Assembly: GCA_002733545.1 (NCBI GenBank)
Contig: NVVX01000001.1
Coordinates: 45,099-109,098, forward strand
DNA length: 64,000 nucleotides
Reading direction: 5' to 3'
DNA from: Alkaliphilus sp.
Lineage (GTDB): Bacteria > Bacillota > Clostridia > Peptostreptococcales > NVVX01
The notes under the pieces are model-generated. The model was not told the origin of the DNA. It saw only the letters and a list, made by a program, of their open reading frames with translations, and searched no databases. Each line of letters starts with the position of its first letter. Position 1 is the first letter of the stretch. This document shows positions 1-8,699 of the stretch, piece after piece. A program made the translations under genes and the position numbers.

Positions 1-759
1 TATGATATAGAAAACAACGTAAGAATGCCGAGGAATGAACTACAAGCACTAAGACGAGATATGCAGATAATCTTTCAAGATCCTTATGCTTCACTAAACC
101 CAAGAATGAACGTTGGAACAATTGTTTCAGAAGGTTTAGTTAAACACAAAATTGCAAATAAAAAAGAAGCAATAGAAAAAGCTAAGGAATTACTAGAGTT
201 ATGTGGGCTTAGCGCTGACAACGTTGTTAAATATCCTCATGAATTTAGTGGAGGGCAGAGACAGCGTATAGGTATAGCACGTGCTTTAGCATTGCAACCG
301 AAGTTTATTGTTTGTGACGAGCCAATAGCTGCTCTAGACGTGTCTATTCAAGCACAAGTTCTAACACTAATGCAAGAACTAAAAGAGAAGTTTAAGTTAA
401 CATACTTATTTATATCTCATGATTTAAGTGTAATTAAGTATTTTTGTGATAGGATTGCGGTTATGTATTTAGGATCTTTTGTAGAGTTAACAACTACAAA
501 GAGGTTGTTTGAAAAGCCACTGCATCCTTATACACAATCATTGCTTTCCGCAACTCCAAAATCTGATCCAACAATTACTAAAGAAAGGATTATTCTTAAG
601 GGAGATGTACCAAGCCCTGCAAATCCACCAAAAGGGTGCAAGTTTCATACGAGATGCCCACAAGTGATGGAGATGTGTAAGACTGTTGTTCCTGAATTTA
701 AGGAAGTTGAGCCGGGGCATACGGTATCTTGCCACCTAATGGATTTGGACGCACGATAG
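1..759 (+). CDS. oppF: Oligopeptide/dipeptide ABC transporter ATP-binding protein, OppF-type; 5' end outside window
   Basis: Frame is open from base 1 with no stop before the track Met at 25. Contains FQDPYASLNPR, ABC signature FSGGQRQR, Walker B FIVCDEP, H-loop ISHD and the Cys/His C-terminal oligopeptide-ABC tail. Clearly paralogous to the ORFs at 8700 and 14717. Confidence 0.9.
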   Translation, partial: YDIENNVRMPRNELQALRRDMQIIFQDPYASLNPRMNVGTIVSEGLVKHKIANKKEAIEKAKELLELCGLSADNVVKYPHEFSGGQRQRIGIARALALQPKFIVCDEPIAALDVSIQAQVLTLMQELKEKFKLTYLFISHDLSVIKYFCDRIAVMYLGSFVELTTTKRLFEKPLHPYTQSLLSATPKSDPTITKERIILKGDVPSPANPPKGCKFHTRCPQVMEMCKTVVPEFKEVEPGHTVSCHLMDLDAR

Positions 760-869
760 CACTCAAATTGCTGCGTTCCACCTTATTTGCTCAATCTTCA
801 CGTACAAGTGCGTACGCTTCATCAATCGCAAATCGGCGCGCCTTGCAATTTAAGCACTATCGTGCGTCC
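747..869. repeat. MITE-like foldback element: 25-bp terminal inverted repeats (747-771 / 845-869, 22 of 25 complementary) around a ~73-bp core; left TIR contains the oppF stop codon
   Basis: Reverse complement of ggacgcacgatagcactcaaattgc is gcaatttgagtgctatcgtgcgtcc; the sequence at 845-869 is gcaatttaagcactatcgtgcgtcc. The region is visibly more GC-rich than its surroundings. Confidence 0.6.
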
Positions 870-969
870 AAACGGATGAAAGGATAGCACTCAAATTGTT
901 GCGTTACACCTTTATGCTCAATCTTCACGTACAAAAGCGTACGCTTCATCAATCGCAAATCGGCGCGCC
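755..969. repeat. Tandem direct repeat, two copies of ~88 nt (755-842 and 883-969), period 128 bp
   Basis: Hand alignment of the copies gives about 5 differences in 88 positions, including a 1-nt indel. Both end in cgcaaatcggcgcgcc. Confidence 0.85.
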
Positions 970-1012
970 CCCTCGTGGGTACCCGGAATTATCTTTAAAA
1001 AGAGTGGTGTTT

Positions 1013-1156
1013 ATGATGGATGATGAAAACAGAATATCGTGGAGGGATGCTGTTGCTATTTGGATAGCTACATTTAAAATAATTGGTCCACGAATATTAA
1101 CGATTATATTTGGGTTTATTTTAGCGCATGTTCTGCTTAGAATACTGTTTTCTTAG
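1013..1156 (+). CDS. Hypothetical small membrane peptide (47 aa, acidic N-terminus plus one TM)
   Basis: Internal ATG-ATG of track ORF 896..1156. The portion upstream of 1013 reads through the repeat and is probably not coding. Hydrophobic stretch AIWIATFKIIGPRILTIIFGFILAHVLL. The RBS is weak (agagtggtg). Confidence 0.3.
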   Translation: MMDDENRISWRDAVAIWIATFKIIGPRILTIIFGFILAHVLLRILFS

Positions 1157-1326
1157 AGCGTGTAAAATAAATAGTAACTAAGCTGTAGGCGTAGTAATTT
1201 TTTGCTAGTCTATCAAGTAAATTAGTGTTTCTTGATTATGCACTTGTTTTTGATAGATAAACTTTACTTACCCTACAGTTTTTCTGCAATATTGGGTAAT
1301 AATATTCAAAATTTGGGGGAGATTAA

Positions 1327-3498
1327 ATGCATTTATTAAAAAAACACAAATTAGTAGTGTTGAAGATACTTATAATTTTTATTGTTTTAAGCTTAGCACT
1401 ATTAGGGTGCGAAAGCAAAGAAGATCTGGCATTTAGAGAGATAAATACTACAAGAGTCAAAGAGCATATCAAAGTTTTAACATCAGACGAATTTGAAGGA
1501 AGAATGATTGGAACAGCTGGAAATGAGAAAACAGTAGAATACATAGTGAATCATTTTAAGGAAATTGGGTTAGAACCTCATATTGAAAACGAATACATAA
1601 CTACTTTTAACGCGATTAAACCCGTACTAGGTCATCCTGTAATTTTTAATGTTGTTGATAGTGATGGCAATGTCGTTAGAGAATTTATACAGGGAGCAGA
1701 ATTCTTAGTTAGGGTTGATGATTTTGCAATGGGAGGTAAGTTTAGGGGGAGCATCTATCATATTAGCACGGACGAAGCCCTTAATAGCAAGGATGATTTA
1801 TTTGAAGGGTTAGCTATTCTTGCAGATTTTGATGATAAGAGCATTATGCCAACAGGATTTACGCAGAGTGATGCTTTACGTAGGCTGAGGCGTGAAAATG
1901 CGGAAGTAATAATTTATAGAGAAAATAGAGCAGCAAATAGCAGAAATATTAATTTAGGCAGAAAAAACCAGGTTAGAACTACTACTGGACCAATTATCAT
2001 AGGAGTAAGTGATGATGCATATGATGAATTAATAGAGTTTTACAATCAAGGCTACAAAATTACAATCGACTCAAGTCTTAAATTTATAGACGTCAAAGCA
2101 AACAATGTATTTGGTGTTATCCCAACTATAAATACTACTTATGAAAATTATATAATGATTGCAACTTCTTTTGACGGTTTAGGAATTGATGAACAAGGAA
2201 AGATGCATAAAAGTAAAACTGATAATGCTTCGGGGGTAGCGACTGTATTAGAACTTGCTAGTTATATCAAAGAAAATAATATGGAATTTGATTCTACAAT
2301 TATCTTTGCAGCATTCAATGGAAAACATACAGGACATGTGGGAGTGTCGCATTATAACACTTTTTCTCTGTATCCGCCTGATAGAACACAAGTAATATTT
2401 GTTGACAATATTACAGGAGTTGATGAAGCTCTCTTTACGCTTGGGAGTTACGAGTCTAGGAATTCGCAAAGAGGATTTAAGCACTCAACAATACAAACAA
2501 AGCGACTTTCAAGTATCGCGAATGAGCTACACATTGATAGCGTTGTAGATATGAATCATTTTAGAGCAGAGCACTCAGCATTTAGAAATAATGGAATCGT
2601 TGCTACTATTATTAGCACTATGCATGTAGAAGATTACTTGGCAAACGAGCCTGACCTAAATGCAATTGCAAATAATTCGGAGCATGTGTCTAGCATTATC
2701 ATAAACTTCTTAAATCAGCATTCGGGATTAATGATAATGAGCGAGTTAGCTTATCCACTTCGTAAATTCGCATGGTTTTTCGTGATAATTGTAGTTATTG
2801 CGCTTTTAAAGCACAGATATTTCATAAAGAACAACATGAGCGACAACAAATACAAGTTTGATATCTATAAAGGAAAAAGTAGTATAGATAAAATAATGAT
2901 GCAACCTATAGTAAGTGGTTTAAGCGTAGCTTATATATTGTTGATGATTAGCACATTAAGTGCTAGACATGTTGTCTCAAACACTATGGGGGTACCACTT
3001 GAAGAAGCATACACTAATTTTTCATCATTAATGCATCAGCTTTTAACAACTATTTTTACTGCTCCAGTACTTTTATATATGCTAGTTTTCACGTACCCAT
3101 TATTTATAGTTTTATTTATGGCGCTGATAATTAAGTATGTATTTAACAAATCAGGTGTATTGGTACATTCTTTGCTAGTAGCTTTAGCTATAGGAATACC
3201 ATTTTACTTCTATACTACTAAAACCATAGTAAAAGAATACGCAATGTTGTTCCCAGATATATTATCAAAAAGCAATGCTCCACTATTTGTAGTTGTATGC
3301 TTGATTCTACTCTCAGTTGGATTAAGCCTGTTGTATTCTTATGAATATACAATTAAGAGGGGGCACGGGTTTAAGAGCAGAATTCTAATAAGTACTTTAA
3401 TAATCTTTTTGGCTTTCTATTTAATGCTATTAGGACCCAATTTATTTTCAGCAGACATGATTAAACTTTTCAGACTTGGGATAAGAGTAAGATTATAG
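1327..3498 (+). CDS. Lipoprotein with M28-peptidase-like ectodomain (apparently degenerate active site) fused to a polytopic C-terminal membrane domain
   Basis: RBS GGGGGAG. Signal peptide with lipobox LLGC. M28-like blocks NVFGVIP, TDNASGVATVLELA and FAAFNGKHTGHVG. About 7-8 hydrophobic helices in the last ~260 aa. Paralog at 19264. Confidence 0.75.
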   Translation: MHLLKKHKLVVLKILIIFIVLSLALLGCESKEDLAFREINTTRVKEHIKVLTSDEFEGRMIGTAGNEKTVEYIVNHFKEIGLEPHIENEYITTFNAIKPVLGHPVIFNVVDSDGNVVREFIQGAEFLVRVDDFAMGGKFRGSIYHISTDEALNSKDDLFEGLAILADFDDKSIMPTGFTQSDALRRLRRENAEVIIYRENRAANSRNINLGRKNQVRTTTGPIIIGVSDDAYDELIEFYNQGYKITIDSSLKFIDVKANNVFGVIPTINTTYENYIMIATSFDGLGIDEQGKMHKSKTDNASGVATVLELASYIKENNMEFDSTIIFAAFNGKHTGHVGVSHYNTFSLYPPDRTQVIFVDNITGVDEALFTLGSYESRNSQRGFKHSTIQTKRLSSIANELHIDSVVDMNHFRAEHSAFRNNGIVATIISTMHVEDYLANEPDLNAIANNSEHVSSIIINFLNQHSGLMIMSELAYPLRKFAWFFVIIVVIALLKHRYFIKNNMSDNKYKFDIYKGKSSIDKIMMQPIVSGLSVAYILLMISTLSARHVVSNTMGVPLEEAYTNFSSLMHQLLTTIFTAPVLLYMLVFTYPLFIVLFMALIIKYVFNKSGVLVHSLLVALAIGIPFYFYTTKTIVKEYAMLFPDILSKSNAPLFVVVCLILLSVGLSLLYSYEYTIKRGHGFKSRILISTLIIFLAFYLMLLGPNLFSADMIKLFRLGIRVRL

Positions 3499-3701
3499 AA
3501 AAAAATTTAAGTGTCAGATAAAATATTTAATATATAAAAATAAAGGATATTACAATTACATGTCGAATAATTAAAAATAGGTAACAAAGACACAATAGAG
3601 ATATCTGAGATTTGAAATTACGGAAATATTTTGAGGGGAGGAAATAATAGTTCGTTTTTTGTAGTTTTATAATTAATACTATATAAAAGGAGGATTTATT
3701 A

Positions 3702-5438
3702 ATGAAAAAAAGTTTGTTATTATTATTGGTTTTTACTCTAATGGCATCAGTATTTTTAGTAGGGTGTCAACCTGCAGAAACTGATGAGCCAGCTGTCGCA
3801 GATGAACCTGCAGCAGACGCAAAAGCAGAACCAGCACCAGAGCCTGTTGATGATAATCCAGCGCTTGCAAGAGGAAATGTTTTAACAGTTGCAACTGGAA
3901 GTTTAGATGGAAGATTCAATCCAATATTATCTGGAAATGTATACGACACATGGGTTGTTAACCTTATTTTCGACTCTTTAATATCTGGAGATCCTGCAGG
4001 TAACGTTATTCCTAATGCAGCACATAAGTGGGAAGTTTCTGAAGATAAGTTAACATATACTTTCTTTTTAAAAGAAGGCATGAAGTTTCATGACGGTGTA
4101 GAAGTTACAGCGGAAGATGTAGCGTTTACTTATTACACAATAGCGCATCCTGATTATACAGGATCACGTGGTAGTGTAGTCAATGACATCGTTGGGGCAC
4201 AAGAGTATAGAAAATTAAACGGCGATGATGATGATGATAATGATATTGAAAAAATTGAAGGAATCAATGTTATTGACGATTACACTATTTCATTTACTAT
4301 TATTGAACCAAATGTTAAGAAAATTAGAGATTTTTGGCCAGGAATTATGCCGAAACATTATTATGACTTTACAGATTATGATGATTTCATTATGTTAATG
4401 CAAAATCCTATGGGTTCAGGAATGTTTACATTCCATAGATACCTTGTAGGTCAATATGCAGAAGTTAGAAGATTTGAAGATTATCATGGCGATAAACCAG
4501 AAGTTGAGGGAGTTATTATTAGATTAATGCCTTCTGAAACACAAGCTGCTGCTGTTGCTGCAGGAGTAGTAGATTTAGCAAATCCTTCAGCGAACTTAGA
4601 AAATTATGAAATAATGATGGAAAGTGGATTTGCCAATGTACAAGAATTTTTAGGAAACTCATATAGATATATTGGTTTTAATCTAAGATTAGATAAATTC
4701 CAAGATAGAAGAACTAGACAAGCTTTATTTTATGGTCTAAATTTAGTTGATTTTATTGAAGCAGAATGGGAAGGCTTTGCATCACCAGCGTTTTCACCTA
4801 TTTCTCCAGTATCTTGGGCTGCTCCGGAAGAAGGCGTATTAACGGAGTACCATTTCAATCCTGAAAAAGCTAAAGAATTGTTAGCAGAAGCTGGTTGGAA
4901 GGACACTGACGACGACGGATATCTTGACATGAATGGCGAGAGATTTACGATTACATGGACAGCATATGATGATGTTTCATGGCCAGTTAATTTAATTGCG
5001 GTTGCTAAAGAAAACTGGGGAGACTTAGGTATTGAACTTATAGCAAACTTAATGGAATTTAACGCAGTTGTTGAATTAGTTTATGACAATCAAGACTTTG
5101 AAATTTATAACATGGGTTGGTCTTTAGCAATTGATCCGGATCCAACTTCAATATTTGGACCGGCAGCTGATGTGCCAGGTGGATTTAACAGTATTGGATT
5201 CCACCATGAAAGAGCTCACGAAATCTTTAAACTTGCGTTACTAGAATACGATCAAGATAAGAGAGCGGAACTATATAGAGAGTGGGCTGAAATTGCAAAC
5301 TATGAACTTCCATACTTATTTGTTTCTATTGGAAATAGAACTTGGGGAGTTAATAGAAGAGTTCATGGAATGGAACTTGGACCTTATTATACATGGGTGA
5401 GCAATATAGACAATATAAAACTAGATTATACTGAATAA
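3702..5438 (+). CDS. oppA: Oligopeptide ABC transporter substrate-binding lipoprotein (family 5 SBP)
   Basis: RBS AAAGGAGG. Lipobox LVGC followed by an Ala/Pro/Glu-rich linker. Length and sequence typical of family 5 SBPs. First gene of an A-B-C-D-F ordered operon. Confidence 0.88.
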   Translation: MKKSLLLLLVFTLMASVFLVGCQPAETDEPAVADEPAADAKAEPAPEPVDDNPALARGNVLTVATGSLDGRFNPILSGNVYDTWVVNLIFDSLISGDPAGNVIPNAAHKWEVSEDKLTYTFFLKEGMKFHDGVEVTAEDVAFTYYTIAHPDYTGSRGSVVNDIVGAQEYRKLNGDDDDDNDIEKIEGINVIDDYTISFTIIEPNVKKIRDFWPGIMPKHYYDFTDYDDFIMLMQNPMGSGMFTFHRYLVGQYAEVRRFEDYHGDKPEVEGVIIRLMPSETQAAAVAAGVVDLANPSANLENYEIMMESGFANVQEFLGNSYRYIGFNLRLDKFQDRRTRQALFYGLNLVDFIEAEWEGFASPAFSPISPVSWAAPEEGVLTEYHFNPEKAKELLAEAGWKDTDDDGYLDMNGERFTITWTAYDDVSWPVNLIAVAKENWGDLGIELIANLMEFNAVVELVYDNQDFEIYNMGWSLAIDPDPTSIFGPAADVPGGFNSIGFHHERAHEIFKLALLEYDQDKRAELYREWAEIANYELPYLFVSIGNRTWGVNRRVHGMELGPYYTWVSNIDNIKLDYTE

Positions 5439-5455
5439 TTTTTAAACTAGATATA

Positions 5456-5493
5456 AGTTATATAGCCTAGCTATGAAGCTAGGCTATATAACT
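5456..5493 (+). promoter_or_regulatory. Perfect 16-bp stem / 6-nt loop hairpin between SBP and permease genes (intra-operon attenuator or mRNA stabiliser)
   Basis: agttatatagcctagc tatgaa gctaggctatataact. No strong T-tract follows. Confidence 0.5.
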
Positions 5494-5555
5494 GTAACAA
5501 ATAATTTTAATGGACAAACAATTGATGAAAACATAGTATTTTAGGAGGTAATATA

Positions 5556-6524
5556 ATGAAGAATTATCTCATAAGGAGATTAATACAAACTCTACCCGTT
5601 TTGTTAGGTATAACGATAATTGTATTCACACTAGCAAACGCTGCTCCAGGAAATCCTACTTCTAATATGATGGATCCCACAATGACAGCAGCAGAGAGAG
5701 CCCGTATTTTAGAAAGATTTGGTATGAATCAGAGTGTTACTGTAAGGTATGTAAACTGGCTTAGAGAAATAGTTTTTCATAGAAATTTGGGTCATTCAAC
5801 AACTTTTATAGTACCAGTTGCGCAGGTAATAGGGGCCCATATGTGGAATACTTTCTATTTATCAGCAGTGGCACTAGCCATTAGTTTGTTAATAGGTATC
5901 CCCGCGGGGGTAATCTCTGCTACTAAGCAGTACTCAATAAGAGATGGAGGTTTGACAATCTTTTCTCTAATTGGAATTTCTATGCCATCTTTCTTTTTTG
6001 CTTTACTTCTTATTAAATGGTTTGCAATTGACCGGCAAATACTACCTATGGCTGGTATGAGCCAACCTGGCATGATTGATATTGGAGGTTGGGAGTATAT
6101 AAAAAATGTAATGTTGCATACCGTGTTACCAGCTATTGTACTAGGATTAGGATCAACCGCTGGATTCATGAGGTATACAAGATCTAGTATGCTTGAAGTT
6201 ATAAGACAAGATTATATAAGAACAGCAAGAGCCAAGGGTTTGGGTGAAAGAATTGTAATATATAAGCATGCTCTAAGAAATGCAATGATTCCTATAATCA
6301 CACTTTTAGGGTTCTGGATACCTGGTTTGTTTTCAGGAGCATTCATTGTAGAGAGCATATTTGCATGGCCTGGAATGGGGACTATTGGACTAAGAGCAAT
6401 AAGCGATAGAGATTATTCTCTGTTGATGGGAGTGTCTTTCTTCCTATCTTTTTTAACACTTTTAGGAAACTTAACTGCCGATATTTTATATGGATTTGCT
6501 GACCCGCGAATTAAGTACGATTAA
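5556..6524 (+). CDS. oppB: Oligopeptide ABC transporter permease OppB
   Basis: RBS AGGAGG. N-terminus MKNYLIRRLIQTLPVLLGITIIVF and the block YIRTARAKGL are typical of OppB/DppB permeases. Confidence 0.92.
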   Translation: MKNYLIRRLIQTLPVLLGITIIVFTLANAAPGNPTSNMMDPTMTAAERARILERFGMNQSVTVRYVNWLREIVFHRNLGHSTTFIVPVAQVIGAHMWNTFYLSAVALAISLLIGIPAGVISATKQYSIRDGGLTIFSLIGISMPSFFFALLLIKWFAIDRQILPMAGMSQPGMIDIGGWEYIKNVMLHTVLPAIVLGLGSTAGFMRYTRSSMLEVIRQDYIRTARAKGLGERIVIYKHALRNAMIPIITLLGFWIPGLFSGAFIVESIFAWPGMGTIGLRAISDRDYSLLMGVSFFLSFLTLLGNLTADILYGFADPRIKYD

Positions 6525-6535
6525 GGAGGAAGACC

Positions 6536-7699
6536 ATGAGTTCAGATATGAAAACTAGAAAACAAGATGAAGGTAATATAACTAATGAAAAAACTAGAAT
6601 TGATTCCCCGACGAGAGTAGCTTTTAGAAGATTAAAGAAAAGCAAAATGTCTATGGTAAGTCTTGTTGTTATAGCACTTTTCATGCTAATGGCAATATTT
6701 GCACCTTTTGTTACACCAGTTGGATACAATGACCTTAATATGAGAGGTAATGAGATTTCTGCTAATTTAGTTACTTTCCAAATCGATGAGGACAATTTTG
6801 TTCTATATAAACTGAAAGATCACTCTTTTCATGCAATTACAGAAGATGCTAGATATATTGAAAGGGTTGATCCTTTAAAAAGGAATAGGAAAGAAAGATA
6901 TAATATTTACGATTTTAATGGCAAAGAAGTGATTATGGATTATACTAATGCTAGAGCGGTTGGGTTCCCTATTGTCACTATAGACGGACAAGCAGTAACT
7001 ATGGAAAGAAGATGGAACAGATCAAACATACTTGGAACTGACAACTTAGGACGCGATGTGTACACACGTATTGTTTATGGTGCTAGAATTTCACTTTCAG
7101 TTGGATTGGTCGCTGTTGCAATTAGAGTCTTTTTAGGAATACTAATTGGTAGTATCGCTGGGTATTATGGAGGAAAAATAGATAATATTTTAATGCGCTT
7201 TGCAGACATGGTAATGTGCTTTCCGCAGCTTCTAATTATAATAACGATTATTGTAATTGTAGGACCAAGTATTTTTAACGTAATGATTGTACTAGGGATT
7301 CTAGGTTGGCCAGGTATTGCAAGGATTGTTCGTGGTCAGATTCTGTCCTTAAGAGAACAAGAATTTATGGAAGCGGCAGAAGCACTAGGACTAAGCGACT
7401 TTAGAAAAATATTTAGGCATCTTTTGCCAAATATTATGGCTTCGGTTGTTGTTTTTGCTACTATTGGGATTGCTGGTGCAATATTGACTGAGGCAGCATT
7501 AAGTTTTCTAGGCCTCGGAGTTCAACCACCTACTCCTAGTTGGGGAAATATGATTCAAGCAGCTAGAAGCATATATGCTTTGCAGAGACAATGGTGGTTA
7601 TGGGTACCGCCTGGGCTAGCAATTTTTATTACAGTTATGAGCTTTAATATCTTAGGTGATGGATTAAGAGATGCTCTAGATCCTAAGTTGAAAAAATAG
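6536..7699 (+). CDS. oppC: Oligopeptide ABC transporter permease OppC, with an enlarged first external loop
   Basis: RBS AAGGAGGAAG. C-terminal LGDGLRDALDPKLK and the block EFMEAAEALG are typical of OppC/DppC. At 387 aa it is about 100 aa longer than the paralog at 12839. Confidence 0.9.
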   Translation: MSSDMKTRKQDEGNITNEKTRIDSPTRVAFRRLKKSKMSMVSLVVIALFMLMAIFAPFVTPVGYNDLNMRGNEISANLVTFQIDEDNFVLYKLKDHSFHAITEDARYIERVDPLKRNRKERYNIYDFNGKEVIMDYTNARAVGFPIVTIDGQAVTMERRWNRSNILGTDNLGRDVYTRIVYGARISLSVGLVAVAIRVFLGILIGSIAGYYGGKIDNILMRFADMVMCFPQLLIIITIIVIVGPSIFNVMIVLGILGWPGIARIVRGQILSLREQEFMEAAEALGLSDFRKIFRHLLPNIMASVVVFATIGIAGAILTEAALSFLGLGVQPPTPSWGNMIQAARSIYALQRQWWLWVPPGLAIFITVMSFNILGDGLRDALDPKLKK

Positions 7700-7718
7700 G
7701 CAGACAGGAGGTATCTAC

Positions 7719-8699
7719 ATGGCTAAAAAAGTGATTGAAGTTAAGAATTTAAAAACATATTTTTTTACTGAAATGGGTACAGTTAAGGCTGTTGATGGAG
7801 TGGATTTTCATGTTAATGAAGGCGAAACGTTAGGGATAGTAGGAGAGTCAGGATGTGGTAAAAGTGTTTCATCAATGTCAATTCTAAGACTTATTCCAAA
7901 CCCGCCAGGCAAAATTGTAGAAGGTGAGATATTTTTCAATGACGTTAATTTGTTAGACTTAAGCATAAGTGACATGAGGAAAATTAGAGGAAATGACATT
8001 GCTATGATATTTCAGGAACCTATGACTTCATTGAATCCAGTGTTTACTATTGAAAAACAAATTGCCGAAGTGTTAATGATGCATAGAGGTATGAGTAAAG
8101 AGGAAGCTAGAATTGAAATTATAAGGTTATTAGATATTGTTGGAATACCAAGATCTGATGAAGTTATAAAGGATTATCCTTTTGCTTTAAGCGGTGGAAT
8201 GAAACAAAGAGCTATGATTGCTATGGCATTGGCATGTAACCCTAAACTATTAATTGCTGACGAGCCTACAACAGCGCTAGATGTTACAATTCAAGCACAA
8301 GTACTTGAATTAATGAAAAAACTACAAAGAGATTTTAACACCTCTATTATGTTCATAACACATGATTTAAGCGTTATTTCAGAGATGGCAGATAGAGTTA
8401 TAGTAATGTACTCAGGAAGAGTTGTGGAAGAAGCAAGTGTTTACGATATTTTTGAAAAACCATTGCATCCTTATACGGAAGGTTTGTTAAATTCGAAACC
8501 AGATTTGAATCTTGGCACCGAGAAATTACACGTAATACCTGGAGCAGTGCCAAATCCACTTGATCGTCCGGATGGATGTCAATTTGCCCCAAGGTGCGAG
8601 TATGCGATAGATATTTGCAGAGAAAAAGAACCTACACTAGTACAAATTGAGCCAGCAAGAAAAGTTAGATGTTGGCTTAGAGATGGGAGTGTGACATAG
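7719..8699 (+). CDS. oppD: Oligopeptide ABC transporter ATP-binding protein OppD
   Basis: Walker A GESGCGKS, signature LSGGMKQR, Walker [14 protein letters not shown]-terminal Cys-rich oligopeptide-ABC domain. Confidence 0.93.
   Translation: MAKKVIEVKNLKTYFFTEMGTVKAVDGVDFHVNEGETLGIVGESGCGKSVSSMSILRLIPNPPGKIVEGEIFFNDVNLLDLSISDMRKIRGNDIAMIFQEPMTSLNPVFTIEKQIAEVLMMHRGMSKEEARIEIIRLLDIVGIPRSDEVIKDYPFALSGGMKQRAMIAMALACNPKLLIADEPTTALDVTIQAQVLELMKKLQRDFNTSIMFITHDLSVISEMADRVIVMYSGRVVEEASVYDIFEKPLHPYTEGLLNSKPDLNLGTEKLHVIPGAVPNPLDRPDGCQFAPRCEYAIDICREKEPTLVQIEPARKVRCWLRDGSVT

Noticed and set aside
755-969. Checked whether the GC-rich repeat region, or the 54452-54640 foldback, hides a tRNA, tmRNA, 6S, SRP or T-box RNA.
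   Set aside because: On either strand there is no acceptor or T-arm consensus (GTTCGAATC-like), no T-box specifier or T-box sequence, and no other family signature I can recognise.
972-983. GC-rich 12-mer ctcgtgggtacc shared between the end of repeat copy B (972-983) and the ABC-exporter leader (56578-56589).
   Set aside because: It is borderline: my back-of-envelope estimate puts the chance of such a GC-rich 12-mer pair at a few tenths per window. Similarity does not extend convincingly into the flanks. It may deserve a genome-wide k-mer count, but is not claimed.
896-1012. N-terminal 39 codons of track ORF 896..1156, reading through repeat copy B.
   Set aside because: This part is simply the repeat element translated. 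There is no RBS at 896. Only the distal ATG at 1013 with its hydrophobic tail is a plausible (still weak) gene.
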